DNA of 64,000 bases, from NCBI GenBank assembly GCA_002269645.1, contig NIVC01000016.1, forward strand, positions 434,001 through 498,000. Reading direction: 5' to 3'. Below the pieces are notes generated by a model. It did not search any database. It worked only from the letters and a program-made list of their open reading frames with translations, and was not told the origin of the DNA. Position numbers and translations under genes: made by a program. Below, one piece after another: positions 11,016-22,500 of the stretch. The DNA is from Macrostomum lignano (Eukaryota). Within the stretch, counting starts at the first letter, position 1. The number at the start of each line of letters is the position of its first letter.

Positions 11016-12545
11016 ATGGCCACTAACGCCACCATCCCTAAAGAAACTAACCCGGTCGCCTCTGGCTCACCGGGATCAGCCGCTCCGGTAGCTACCACTG
11101 GTAGCACCAACGCCCAACCTGGTCCAACCGGGCCAGCTGACGCTGCCGCCGATCACCCTGGCCGCCAGTCTAGCCGACCGCGCACGGCCGAGTCTCGACG
11201 ACAGCAGAACATCCGCCGCAACCGTAAGCGGCAGGAGAAGCGGGCTGCTGCTGCGTCTGAGGAGGGCACGCAAGCCGCGGTGAGGCCTTCGGGAGCCACC
11301 GCAGCGGGGAGGCCCTCTGGGGAGTCCGGTGGCGCGGCTGGGCCGTCAGGAACCGCCGTGTCCTCGGGCTCTCAGGGGGGCAACCCTGCCGGCCTACCGC
11401 CTTCCAAAGACAAAGCGGCCCCGCTCAAGACCTCCGAGTCCTACGCGTCCAAGGTCAAGCAGCCGCTGCAACCCGCCGTGATGATCCTCGGCGGGGATTT
11501 CGACCTGACGCCCGAGCAGCTCGACGTCGCGTGGCGTACCATCGACGAGGGCTTGCTCAATCTAACCCTGGAGGGCGTCTTCGTGGACATCGTCAAGTCC
11601 ACCAAGGCGAACGGGTGCATCCTACTGTGGTGCAAATCCGAGGAGAGCACCCAGCTCCTGCGGGATCAGCTGCCCAAGTTCGACTGGCACAGCGACCTGG
11701 GCCAGCTGACCTTCGCCTTGGAGAGCGAGCGGCCGAAGACCATCCGCCATCGGATTTGGGTCCCGGCCGACAGTGCAATCAAGTCCGGGGAGCAGCTGCG
11801 GCAGCTCCTGCTCAAGCGGCACCCGGATCTCGACGCCAGTGGTCTTGTGTACCACAGCACGGTCCGCAAGGGCACGACCGGGGCCACAGTCATCCTCGGC
11901 CTGACGGAGGGATGGGCCAAGCGGCTACCGCACGGCACAAACCTCCACCTTGGTCTCCATCAACTGACCATCCTCCGCTGTGAGGAGGGCAAGGTGGAGA
12001 CCAAGAAAGACGGGAAGCGCGCCGCTCCCGGAGCTGGGGCTCATGCCCCGCCGGCCAAGCGGCAGCAGCAACCCGATCCCGAGCCTAACAAGGCTATTCG
12101 CGCTGCTGAGTCCGCCTCGCGCGGACGTAGACCCGCCCGCAGTAGCCGGCGGTCCGGTCTAATCCAGCGCGCACTTGACGAAGCTCAGTCTCTGAGACTT
12201 CACCTCGAGCAGACTCGTGCCGCTCGAAAAAACACTGAAAGCCAGCCGAGGGAACTGGACGACGGCACGGCTCAGCCTTCCAACTGGTGGGATTACCACC
12301 AGGAGGACGCTGCCGGCCGAGCTCAGACTCCCGACGGCGGGGCGCAAGGCGAAGGCAGCAGCCGTACCCCAGTCGCTGGGGAGGAGGGCGGTGTAGCGCG
12401 GCTAGGTGACTCACCTGCCGTGGGCGCCGTGTCCGCCTCCGCGGCGGCTGGGGAGGCGGCTGAGCCTGAGCCAATGGAAATTGGCGACTCAACTCTCACC
12501 GATGAGGCTGAGAATGAGTTGCTTTTCTCCTCCCCTGGACAGTAG
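11016..12545 (+). CDS. LINE ORF1 (509 aa; DUF4780-like nucleic-acid-binding core with disordered termini)
   Basis: Intact ORF immediately upstream of ORF2. Central RHRIWVP..LLKRHPDL..VILGL..LHLGL region resembles LOA ORF1s. No CCHC knuckle. Confidence 0.85.
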   Translation: MATNATIPKETNPVASGSPGSAAPVATTGSTNAQPGPTGPADAAADHPGRQSSRPRTAESRRQQNIRRNRKRQEKRAAAASEEGTQAAVRPSGATAAGRPSGESGGAAGPSGTAVSSGSQGGNPAGLPPSKDKAAPLKTSESYASKVKQPLQPAVMILGGDFDLTPEQLDVAWRTIDEGLLNLTLEGVFVDIVKSTKANGCILLWCKSEESTQLLRDQLPKFDWHSDLGQLTFALESERPKTIRHRIWVPADSAIKSGEQLRQLLLKRHPDLDASGLVYHSTVRKGTTGATVILGLTEGWAKRLPHGTNLHLGLHQLTILRCEEGKVETKKDGKRAAPGAGAHAPPAKRQQQPDPEPNKAIRAAESASRGRRPARSSRRSGLIQRALDEAQSLRLHLEQTRAARKNTESQPRELDDGTAQPSNWWDYHQEDAAGRAQTPDGGAQGEGSSRTPVAGEEGGVARLGDSPAVGAVSASAAAGEAAEPEPMEIGDSTLTDEAENELLFSSPGQ

Positions 12546-12547
12546 AC

Positions 12548-15500
12548 ATGACTGTCTCCCAGGGCATCCACTGCTTGCAGGTCAACCTGCAGCACAGCAT
12601 TGCTGCTTCAGTCAACCTCTTGAAGCACACTGACCAATACGTGCCAGGGATTATCCTTATCCAGGAACCTTGGACGCTTAGGGGCAGCCCCCAACATGTC
12701 CCCACCGGCTACCAGTGTTTAACCGCTGGTACCCGGGAGGGAAACCTGGCACCAAGATCCTGCATCATGGTGTCCAGTTCTATTAACGCATGGCTCAGAT
12801 CAGACCTGTCCACCAGGGACATCTGTGTCATCCAGTCTGAAGACATACTCCCTGGGAGGACTACCCTCATCGCCTCGGTTTACCTACCGGGCGACGGCGA
12901 GATGATCCCAGTAGAGCTTGTCACACTGGTCGAGCTCTGCTCCACCAGAAACTATGAGCTGCTCGTGGCAGGTGACATCAATGCCCACCACACCCACTGG
13001 GGCAGTTCTGATATAAACCAGAGAGGTGAAGACTTCCTGGCTTATATTGCTACTACAACCCTTGAGTTCTGTAACTCGGGTAGTACCCCTACCTTCAATA
13101 ACGGACGCCGATCGGAGGTGCTGGATGCCACCCTCGCCACGCCCAGACTCTTCCAGAGCACTAGGGAATGGCGGGTGCTTCCTGAGGCGTCCCTCTCCGA
13201 TCACAAGTTCATCTCTTTCACGCTGGCCAGCGCCCGTAACGCAGGCCAGCTTTACTGGAAACGGAATGCTAGGAATACCGACTGGACCGCCTTCAGGCTT
13301 GCCCTGGAGGAGACCTATCGTTGCACTAGCGCTCCAGTCTCCATCAACACCTGCGAAGAAGCAGATGAATTTGCGGCCGCACTTACGGACTCGCTCACTG
13401 CTGCCTTCGAAGCCTCATGCCCACTAAAGGCATATAAAGGCAAACAGTCGGCCCCATGGTGGAACCCGCAGCTTGGCGACCTCCGTCGCAGAGCCAAAAG
13501 GCTTCACCGCAGGGCCCAAAAAACTAAAAACCCGGCCGACCAAACCGCCTACCTGAACTCTATCCACGAGTTCAAGAGGCAGGTTAGGAACGCCAAAACC
13601 AACAAGTGGCGCGAATACTGTGAGGAACTTGAGGGCTCCCGCCCCACCTCCAGAATCGTTAAAGCCCTCACCCTGGACAAAATGTCCAAACTCTCCTCAG
13701 TCAAGAGAGCCGACGGCTCGCTCACTGAGAACCCAGGAGAAACACTGGAAGCGATGCTAACAGCGTTTTTCCCGAACGAGCCAGCTAGGCCCGGCCCCCC
13801 TGACCACTCAGTGGGCGGACACGTACTGGCTGACTCAATCATCACGGAGGACCGCGTTACTAAAGCTGTCTCCTCCTTCAAACCCTTCAAATCCCCAGGA
13901 CCGGACGGCGTTGTGCCAGCCTTCCTGCGGGAGGCGGTGAAATGCACCGGTTTCCTGCGGAACCTTTGCCGGCTTCTGAAAGCCTGCATTGTGCTCGGCT
14001 TTGTTCCGAAATCCTGGACCGAGGCCAAGGTGGTCTTTATCCCCAAGCCTGGCCGACCGGACTACCGGTCCATTAAATCCTTCAGACCAATTAGCCTCAC
14101 CTCCTCATTGGTGAAGCTGTTAGAGAGACTGGTGCTCTGGCGCCTCCTCTCTGTGGAACTGAAGAACAAGCCGCTCAGTGAGAACCAGCATGCCTTTCGG
14201 GCAGGCAGGTCCACGGAGAGCGCGCTTCACGTTCTGGTTGACATGCTGGAGAAAGCCGTTCTTGGTAATGGCTACGCTCTCGCTGTCTTCCTCGACATTG
14301 TTGGAGCCTTCGATAATGTCCTCTTTGAGGCCTTTGACAGAGCTCTACGTGCTAGAGGAACCCACTCGCACCTCACCCGGTGGATCATGTATATGATCAG
14401 CCACCGTACTGCCACCGCACACCTGTTGGGCCACCAACGGACGGTAACCGTCTGCAAAGGCAGCCCCCAGGGCGGTGTCCTCTCTCCAGTTCTCTGGAAC
14501 ATGGTCATCGATGAGCTCCTCCAGGACAGCCATCTTGACCCCATCCTCAAGGTCGGTTACGCCGATGATGTCACAGCCGTGGCATCCGGACCGTCACCTG
14601 AAACCCTTAGAGATCTTTTGCAAAACTTCATTCGCTCTGCTGAACGTTGGGCGGACAGGTGCGGCCTCAGGCTCTCCGAGACCAAAACTGTCGCGATCAT
14701 GTTCACCAGCAGGGTAAACTGGCGTATTCGCCCACTAAAGCTTTACGGGGTGGAAATTCCATCCTGCAAGCAAACCAAGTGTCTCGGCGTTACGCTGGAC
14801 CACCGGCTGAGCTGGTCCACCCACGTCCAGGCCAAAACCAAAAAAGCCCTCGCGATTCTTGCGCAGCTGCGCAGAGCCGTCGGCACCACCTGGGGCCTCA
14901 CCCCAAAGCGTCTCTGGTGGATCTATACCGCAATGGTCCGACCGGCCGTTACATACGCCGGCCTGGTCTGGACCAGCGCCTTGCAGATTAAAACCTGCCA
15001 CGAAGCCCTCAAAAAGGTGCAGGGACGTGCGTGCCGCATGATCCTGAATGCCCCGCTCTCTGCTCCCTTTGACGGCCTCAACGCCTTTCTCTGCCTCCCG
15101 CCTCTGGACATCTTTGTCCGTCGCGAGGCTGCTAAAACCACCCGCCGGCTCATCGAGGCTGGTGTTAGCTTCAAGCCACAAAGAGCGATGGCGAAGCGCA
15201 AGCTCCTGCCGCACTCTGACCTGTGCCTTAAAGTTCTGGAGGAGAGTGGGAGTGCGGCTGTCCTTTCGGACGCTGAACCGCGCTCCCTCAACCTCTACCA
15301 ACGCTTCAAGGTCACGATCCCCTCCAGGGAGAACGCCAACGACAGCTGGGCCCCTCAGGAGGTTCACTGCTTCACTGACGGATCCTCCAAAGACGGTTTA
15401 TCCGGCTTTGGAGTCTGCATCCTTATCAACGGCCGCGTGATTGCTACTCACGCCCAACACACTGGCAGACTCTCCAGCGTCTTCCAGAATGAAGTCCTTG

Positions 15501-16096
15501 CCATCAGCTCCTGTGCAGCTGAGCTCCACCGCAAGGACTTCAAGGACAGAAGAATCTTCTTCCACTCTGACAGCCAGGCCGCTTTACAGGCCCTGTGTCA
15601 CACCACTACGAACTCCCGAACAGTCCGCGACTGTATCGGGCAGCTCAACAAGCTGGCTCGGAGGAACACCGTCCGGCTCACGTGGATCCCAGGACACGCC
15701 GGCTTCAAAGGTAACGAGCTCGCCGACTCCCTCGCTAAGGCGGGCTGTTCCGGCTCGCCCCTTGGCCCCGTGCCCCTGGCCCCCATCCCCGCCACAGTCA
15801 TTAATCGTCAGATTAACGACTGGGCGGACATCCTGCACTTGCGCAGATGGGATGGTATCTCCAACTGCCGCCAATCTCGTGCGGCAGTGCCCAATCCGTC
15901 CCTCAAGCTGCGGAGAATCCTTTTGAATCAAAATCGAAAAGATATCCGCGCTCTCACTATGACCTTCACAGGTCACGGTTGCTTTGTCAGGCACTGCTTC
16001 CTCCGATGTGTTCGCCGGAGTGAACTCTGCCCCTTCTGCAGCCTCGAGAATGAAGATGCCATGCACTTCGTCTGCTACTGCCCGGCCTTCAACTGA
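12548..16096 (+). CDS. LINE ORF2: AP endonuclease, reverse transcriptase, RNase H, CCHC finger (1182 aa)
   Basis: QVNLQH, IQEP, GDINAHH, SDH (APE); PGPDG, RPISL, QGGVLSP, YADD (RT); FTDGS, QNE, SDSQAA, WIPGH, GNELAD (RNase H); CPFC..HFVCYC. The stop at 16094-96 is probably premature. Confidence 0.97.
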   Translation: MTVSQGIHCLQVNLQHSIAASVNLLKHTDQYVPGIILIQEPWTLRGSPQHVPTGYQCLTAGTREGNLAPRSCIMVSSSINAWLRSDLSTRDICVIQSEDILPGRTTLIASVYLPGDGEMIPVELVTLVELCSTRNYELLVAGDINAHHTHWGSSDINQRGEDFLAYIATTTLEFCNSGSTPTFNNGRRSEVLDATLATPRLFQSTREWRVLPEASLSDHKFISFTLASARNAGQLYWKRNARNTDWTAFRLALEETYRCTSAPVSINTCEEADEFAAALTDSLTAAFEASCPLKAYKGKQSAPWWNPQLGDLRRRAKRLHRRAQKTKNPADQTAYLNSIHEFKRQVRNAKTNKWREYCEELEGSRPTSRIVKALTLDKMSKLSSVKRADGSLTENPGETLEAMLTAFFPNEPARPGPPDHSVGGHVLADSIITEDRVTKAVSSFKPFKSPGPDGVVPAFLREAVKCTGFLRNLCRLLKACIVLGFVPKSWTEAKVVFIPKPGRPDYRSIKSFRPISLTSSLVKLLERLVLWRLLSVELKNKPLSENQHAFRAGRSTESALHVLVDMLEKAVLGNGYALAVFLDIVGAFDNVLFEAFDRALRARGTHSHLTRWIMYMISHRTATAHLLGHQRTVTVCKGSPQGGVLSPVLWNMVIDELLQDSHLDPILKVGYADDVTAVASGPSPETLRDLLQNFIRSAERWADRCGLRLSETKTVAIMFTSRVNWRIRPLKLYGVEIPSCKQTKCLGVTLDHRLSWSTHVQAKTKKALAILAQLRRAVGTTWGLTPKRLWWIYTAMVRPAVTYAGLVWTSALQIKTCHEALKKVQGRACRMILNAPLSAPFDGLNAFLCLPPLDIFVRREAAKTTRRLIEAGVSFKPQRAMAKRKLLPHSDLCLKVLEESGSAAVLSDAEPRSLNLYQRFKVTIPSRENANDSWAPQEVHCFTDGSSKDGLSGFGVCILINGRVIATHAQHTGRLSSVFQNEVLAISSCAAELHRKDFKDRRIFFHSDSQAALQALCHTTTNSRTVRDCIGQLNKLARRNTVRLTWIPGHAGFKGNELADSLAKAGCSGSPLGPVPLAPIPATVINRQINDWADILHLRRWDGISNCRQSRAAVPNPSLKLRRILLNQNRKDIRALTMTFTGHGCFVRHCFLRCVRRSELCPFCSLENEDAMHFVCYCPAFN

Positions 16097-17217
16097 GACC
16101 GGCTCAACCACCTCGGGCCCAACCCGTCCCTGGACGACGTTTGCCGGCCCGAGAACATCCCACGGCTCATCCGGTTCCTCCGGGCCACCAAGCGAGCCTC
16201 CGTCTTCCCCACCGAAGACAACGCTGCAGACAGGACCGGCAGACCTCCCTGACCGGCCCCGCGCCCTAGCCTATGCGGGTCTTTCAGGGATTAGCGGAAT
16301 GGGCGACGCTCGCCTCCCCGCTGCGTCTTCGGACCGCCCTGCAGCTAAGTCAAGTAAGTCAAGGGGCTGGGAAAGCAGATCGTTCGCGGACTTGCGAAGT
16401 CTCAATTAGGAAAAGGTATGAGGCAGGGAAAATATTGGGAAATACGTAAAACTGTTTGAGGTAGTCGATGCCAACAACAGTGCACTACAAGGTAGTCAAT
16501 GCCTAGCTTTTCGCACAAGTAAAGTAACAATAACCATTGCATTCTGATTTTCTTTTCTTTTTTTTGAAGTAATAAAGTTTTTGTTAAATATTTCGGTTTT
16601 TCCTGTGTCACTTCTTATCACTAAATTAATAGAAATAGGGAAGCAGTAAGCCTGGTGGCAGCAAATCTACCAAAATCTAAAACCAGTAAATCCACTAGTA
16701 AAATCCTTAGCAGTAGAAACCAGTAGCCCTAATTGCGAGGTACCACGCGTGTCCAATTGGTGGCAGCTTAGAGGATTAGAATACCCGAGAAGCGCATACA
16801 TTAGACTGGTGCATAGAAAGGATTAGTGGATTAGTAAGAGGATTAACGGATTAACTCATATGTGCTGAAATGAGAACTAAAACTAACACAAAATTACTAA
16901 TTAGGTTCTAAATTAGAGAATTAATGTACATAGTCAGTTGGTCTAAGATTGTCTGATCTCAGATTAACGGATTAGGAACGGATTAACGCTCCTGAAAGGA
17001 ATTTTAACTTAGTTTCTTCGCTAGAAGATTAGTAAGGTCTTAATTAAGACCAGAAGTAAGGCGGAAGTAATAAAGCTAGTAGTCGATGCTATTTTATTAA
17101 CTAAAGTCTTACCATTAGGCAAATTAGCAGCTAAATTTGGAGTCTTGCCAATTTACTGACCAAAATTATTAAACCAGAAGCGTTAATTCTAAAATCTAAC
17201 CTAAAAACTAAACTAAT

Positions 17218-18245
17218 ATGGAAGCTAATGACGTAGTAGAAGCACTGGCTGAAGGCATTAGAGACAGGCTAGACATTAAGAAACACATTAGGATCCAAAA
17301 ATACACGCCTAATCAGGATATAGACGTGTGGATTCAAGCTTTTGAGCAGAGGTGTATCGCAGATGAGATACCAGCAGCTGAGTGGAAGAATGAGCTACTG
17401 TCTAACCTAGATGTTCAGTCAGCGTTCGCTATCGTGACAAGGCTAAATTTAGACCCTAATCTTCCATATGTACAATTTAAGGATAGACTAATCGAGCGGT
17501 TTACGCATGTAGGTAGTGCTCAAGAAGCTAGGGAAGAGTTCCGTAGTAGGTTCCAGTGCAAAATGAAAGCACTGATGACTACGCTGAAAAGCTGACAGAG
17601 CTAGCATGCAGGGCGTTTCCCCATCTAACTAACGATCAGAGACAGGAAGAGGCGGTGCAACAATTTATTAGAGGTGTTAGGGTTGCCCCAGAGACTAGAG
17701 AGAAGCTACTGCTAGCTCAGGTAAACTCGCTTTAAGAGACACGTCGAGTCTTGCGACGTATTGAAATGGCGTACGCTATGTCTCGCCGAGGTAGAGACCC
17801 GCAGCAGTGTAAGGCAACTGGAGGAGAAGAAGCTGAGAATAGCTTGAAGGAATTAGTCCGCAAACAGGGTGAGGCGCTAGAAAACCAGCAGAAGGTGCTT
17901 CACGAGTTACTCCGACACCACCAGAGTGTTGAGCAAAAGGTCAAGCAGCAGCAGCCGTCAGGTCAGCAGCAGCAAGGCCAGAATCAGCAGAGAGGTCCCC
18001 CAGTAAAGTGTAACAGGTGTGGCAAGCTAGGTCACATAGCTAAGAATTGCAGACAGCCACATCCTCAGAACCAGCTTAGGTACCCGGCTCAGCAGCAGAT
18101 GCAGTATCAGCAGCCGCAGTATCAGCAGCCGATGTACTCACAGCAGCAAATGCAGCCGCAGTATCCGCAGCCGCATTACCCTCAGCAGCAGAATTCGGGA
18201 AACGGAATAGACGGAAGCGTCGGAGGCAACGCTTTCCAGCAGTAG
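17218..18245 (+). pseudogene. Gypsy gag (frameshifted) with CCHC zinc knuckle and Gln-rich tail
   Basis: DVWIQAFEQRC..WKNELL..KDRLIERF, QQFIRGV, and CNRCGKLGHIAKNC. Confidence 0.88.
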
Positions 18246-18584
18246 ATCCTTAACAGACTGTAGCCTCACAACCTGTAAATAGCAGCGATAGTTATTCTGT
18301 AAATAGTGAATTAAATTCTTCAGTGTATAACAGTAGGCATGCGCAAACATTTAATCAATCATTTAATCAGCCAAACATTTACTCTCAGCACTTTTCAAAC
18401 GCACCACAACAACAGCGTTATTCTAACAAGCAGCAGCTAAAACAACCAAAAATAATTGAACAAACTAAAAAGCAAAGTTACGATCCGTACATAACTGGCA
18501 GCATTTTAAATAAGGAAATAGTTTATCTATTAGACACTGGCAGTAATAGAAATATCTTAGGACGCGAAACCTGGAAGCATCTTT

Positions 18585-19510
18585 TCTTCCAGGCCATTCT
18601 TCCATTGCCATGGGCAGAGGGCATCGAATCTCAGCATAAGAATGGCCTGATTCGCTGCTTTCTGCATAGAGCTTTTCTGATATGTAGCTCCTGGAAACTG
18701 TTTCATGATGAGGTGGAACAGCTTACTGGCCATCTCATTGGGAATGGTTACCCGAGGAACTATGTGTCTCGCATTGTGAACTAGTTTTTAAATAACAAGC
18801 TGACTAATCAACAGAGCACTCGGGAGTATAATGCTAGAGTAACTAACAGCCCTACGATTGTGTTGCCGTTTTTTGGCCTATGCTCTATTGAGTTTAAGAA
18901 GAAAGTTGAAAAACTGTTCAAAAAAAGCCTCAACGTTCAGCTTAGGATCACGTTCCGCACAGAGAAGGTGTCCCAGTACTCGTATGTCTGCAACTTGAAG
19001 TCCCGTGTCCCTCGGCCTCTCAATGCAGGTGTCAATTATAAATTTCATTGCTCTGGCGACCAGAGTATTTCGTACATCGGAAAAACTAAGCGACACTTGT
19101 ACACTAGGGTCAAGGAGCACTGGACCAAAAGATCTGCTGTACAGGAGCACCTTCTCACATGCAACTCATGCTGTAACAACAAACCGATCGATTTATTTAA
19201 GATTATCGATTCTTGCCGCCATGAGCACACTTTGAATATCTTAGAGGCTATGTACATCAAAGATCAGAGCTAGAACCCGAGCCTAAACTGCCAGCTAGCT
19301 ATGGGGGGTGCCAGACGCCAACTCAGCGTGTTTTAGCTTGGAGTGTACGCTACTGCACCGTGTGTTACGAGCGTTACTTGTTTCGATTGAAAACTACGTA
19401 CAATAATTTATATTGTGTATTCAACTGTTTATTAGAATTTTCAATTTCACTACTGCCCTGACGATGACCTACAAGGGTCGAAATGCATTGGCAATTGAAT
19501 TAAAGTAAAA
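18585..19510 (+). mobile_element. 5'-truncated Penelope-like element: RT thumb, GIY-YIG endonuclease and pseudo-LTR
   Basis: KNGLIRCFLHRAFLICSS..NGYP (PLE RT C-terminus); GVNYKFHC..YIGKTKRHLYTRVKEH..AVQEHL..ILEAMYIK..NPSLN (GIY-YIG). Confidence 0.93.
19454..19493 (+). ncRNA. Minimal type I hammerhead ribozyme in the Penelope pseudo-LTR
   Basis: tgcc CTGACGA t gacc-tacaag-ggtc GAAA tgca TT ggca: stem I tgcc/ggca, stem II gacc/ggtc, palindromic stem III, AUU cleavage triplet. Confidence 0.8.
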
Positions 19511-22500
19511 AAACGAGTTAATGTTCGTTCTCTCATTCATTTTATTCGAGTTAATGTTCGTTCTCTCATTCATTTTATTCCTATTTATTAAGCGAGCTAC
19601 TCTACTATCGTTGTGTACGTCCCATTTTTGGTCAGGCGGACTCTGACGTTAGTCTGAGAACGGACTGGAAAGACCACTGAAAGAATTCAGTCAGTAAGCA
19701 AGCAACAAGCAAAAATACATGTACACGGTGCTACAAATAAATGTCTTTTCTTTTAGGAAGCTAGAGTACCAGCATCAGCATTAGTTGGGACGGCTAAACC
19801 ACTCTTAGCTAGCAAGCTTAACTATCTGAAGGAACAGCCAGAAGAAGAGCAGAATAAGAGCACGCAGTCTTGCGGAAGCAGAGAAAAGATCAGTCAAGTG
19901 CAGGAGAAGTCAGAAGACTGGATTAGTGAGATTAACATAGGAACTGAACTGACTCAGGAACAGAGACAAAAGGTGATCGATGTCTTCAAGGAACATTCAG
20001 CAGCTTTCTCGCAGCTTTCTCGCATTAGACTTAGGCAGAACGCATTTAGTCACTCATGAGATTATCTTGAAGGACAACAACCCAGTTCAGATACCAGCTA
20101 GGAAAATTCCACCTCATTGGATCAAGGAGGTAGATGAACAGTTAGATCTCATGTTGGCTAGAGGCATAATTAGGCCTAGTTACTCGCAGTACTCGACTCC
20201 ATTAGTCATAGTACCTAAGAAGGATGGTTCGCTGAGATTAGTTAACGACTATCGAGCACTAAACAATAAATCGGAGTACTTTCCGTATCCAATAACTAAT
20301 ATCAATGAAACATTTTCATGTCTCCATGGAGCCAGTCAATTTTCTACGTTAGATCTATTTTCGGGATATTATCAGATAGCACTTGGGGAAGAAAATAAGT
20401 GCAAGACTAGCTTTCCAACTTTACATCGAGGCTCGTTTGAGTACGAAGTATTGCCAATGGGATTGCAAGGAGCTCCAGGAACTTTCCAAAGGTGCATGAA
20501 CTTAGTTCTTAAGGACATTGCACAAAAGTTCGCCATAGCTTACTTAGATGACGTAATAGTTTATAGTAGACTTTGAATCGCATTTAGAACACCTGAAAGA
20601 AGTGCTCAAGAGACTAATCCAAGCTAACATGAAACTAAAGGCTAAAAAATGTCACCTTTTCAAATCAGAATTACAATATCTAGGACACGTCATAGGCAAA
20701 GCAGGAATAAGGGGGGATGCGTCAAAATTAGAATCAATTAGGAACTGGCCGAAACCTAAATCTGTGACAGAGCTTCGAAGTTTTCTCGGCCTGTAATAAC
20801 TATCGAAAATTCGTTAGAGATTTTGCCGAGGTAGCAGCACCACTCTGTGAGTTAACTAAGAAGAACATCAAATGTATCCAGGACAAATGGACCAGGATTC
20901 ACGATGAATGCTTCGAGTTGTTGAAGGAACGGATGTGTTCCGAAGAAGTGCTTGCTTACCCAGAGTTTAATACAGACCCCCAAGTTTATTTTGTGTTAGA
21001 CACTGATGCATCAGATGTCAGAATTGGGGCGGTCTTGAATCAAGTTCAGAGCGACGGCATTGAAAGGCCGATCGCGTATTATAGTCGGAAGATGAGGCAG
21101 TTAGAAACTAGATATCCGATTACGAGGAAGGAGCTTCTAGCGATTGTTGACTCGCTGAAGTACTTTAGATTTTACCTCGTAGGAAAACGTTTTAAGGTGC
21201 GCACTGATCACAATGCCCTAACCTGGTTGCTTCGCCAAACCGAACAGACAGGCATTTTAGGTCGTTGGATTGAAAGACTTTCCGAATTTGATTTTGAGAT
21301 AGAACATAGAAGTGGCCCTAAACATGTGAATGCTGACGCTCTATCCAGGATCCCTGATCCTCAACCGGAAGAGATGTCCCCACATGCCAGGTCGCTAAGC
21401 TGCAGGGCAACTGTGAATACAGACCCAGCATCAGCTTTTACTGTCAGCTTAGGCAATTCCGCGTTCGCTGAAACCTGTAGCTCGAGCAGTGGAGTTCCAT
21501 CATGCTGTTCGTCACAAGGCACTGTCACGAACCGACACAATACTCCGATCTTTAGTAGCAGTATGCTAGACAATAGACAGGGACAGGAGCCTAAAACCGG
21601 AAATCCGCCTGCATGCAATGCCCTGCTCAGTGACTATCTCCGTAGCCCAGTTCGCCGTGACCAATTGATCGCAGCACAGCTGGCTGATCCAGTGGTAGGC
21701 TTTGTTAGAAATTTAATTAAGAATGACTCGCCTAAACCGACATTTCAAGAACGACTAGAGTTAACCCACGACTGTAGGAACCTCTTAGGTTACTATGAGT
21801 TGCTCAGAATTAAGGACGGTCTACTCAAAGTAGACTTATCTATGGGGCAGACTGATCCAAAGGTAGTGTTGCCCAAGTCTCTAGATAGTGAAGTCTTTCA
21901 CCAATTCCATAATTCCATGATTCACCGTTAGCGGGACACCTAGGTCGAGATAAAACTTATCAGAGAATTAAAATTCGATTTTGGAGGCCAGGATTAGCAA
22001 CAGCAGTTCAACGCTACGTAGCCAAATGTAAATCATGCCTAGAAAGCAAAACTAGACGAAGAATTAAGGCACCAATTCAGAACTATCCTGTAGTCGAACC
22101 GTTCGGTAGATTGCACATAGATCTAATAGGACCTATTGGCCAAACTAGCAAATCAGGAAACAAATATGTACTTTCAGTCATAGACAGCACTAGCAAATTT
22201 CCATTCGCATTCGCAATTAGGAATCAGAAGGCTAAAACAGTTATCAAAATTCTACAAGAACGAGTTTTCGCTGATTTTGGGATTCCACAATGGATTCACA
22301 CAGACCAGGGAACACAGTTCACTGGTAGGGCCTTTAAGAAATTTTTAGACCTCTATGGCATTAGACACACTCAAACAACTAGTTTGAAGCAATGGCTTAG
22401 TAGAAAACCTTAATAAGCAGATTAAATCAATTCTCACCTGTTTACTGGAGAAGGAGCATTCCAACTGGGACGTTCTGTTGCCAGGTTGTATAACAGCTCT

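Larger units (their letters stand above)
10528..16362 (+). mobile_element. Near full-length LOA-clade (I/R1 group, Lian/bilbo/Baggins-like) non-LTR retrotransposon
   Basis: 5' UTR, ORF1, ORF2 (APE-RT-RNase H-CCHC), 3' tail taagtcaagtaagtcaa, and a candidate TSD GGGGCT at 10522-10527 and 16363-16368. Confidence 0.95.
10378..16755 (+). repeat. Probable 5' LTR of the Gypsy element, split by the LINE (about 10378-10527 plus 16369-16755)
   Basis: TGT start at ~10378, AATAAA at ~16571, ...GTCCA at 16755 followed by AT and PBS-like TGGTGGCAGC. There is no 3' LTR in the window to confirm it. Confidence 0.4.

Noticed and set aside
16290-16355. Second HDV-like ribozyme in the LINE 3' UTR (tccccgc, gctaa)
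   Set aside because: Element order does not give a P1' strand or P1.1; better explained as a 3' stem-loop.
11076-16409. Numerous overlapping and antisense ORFs across the intact LINE
   Set aside because: Shadow frames of GC-rich coding sequence with no independent motifs.
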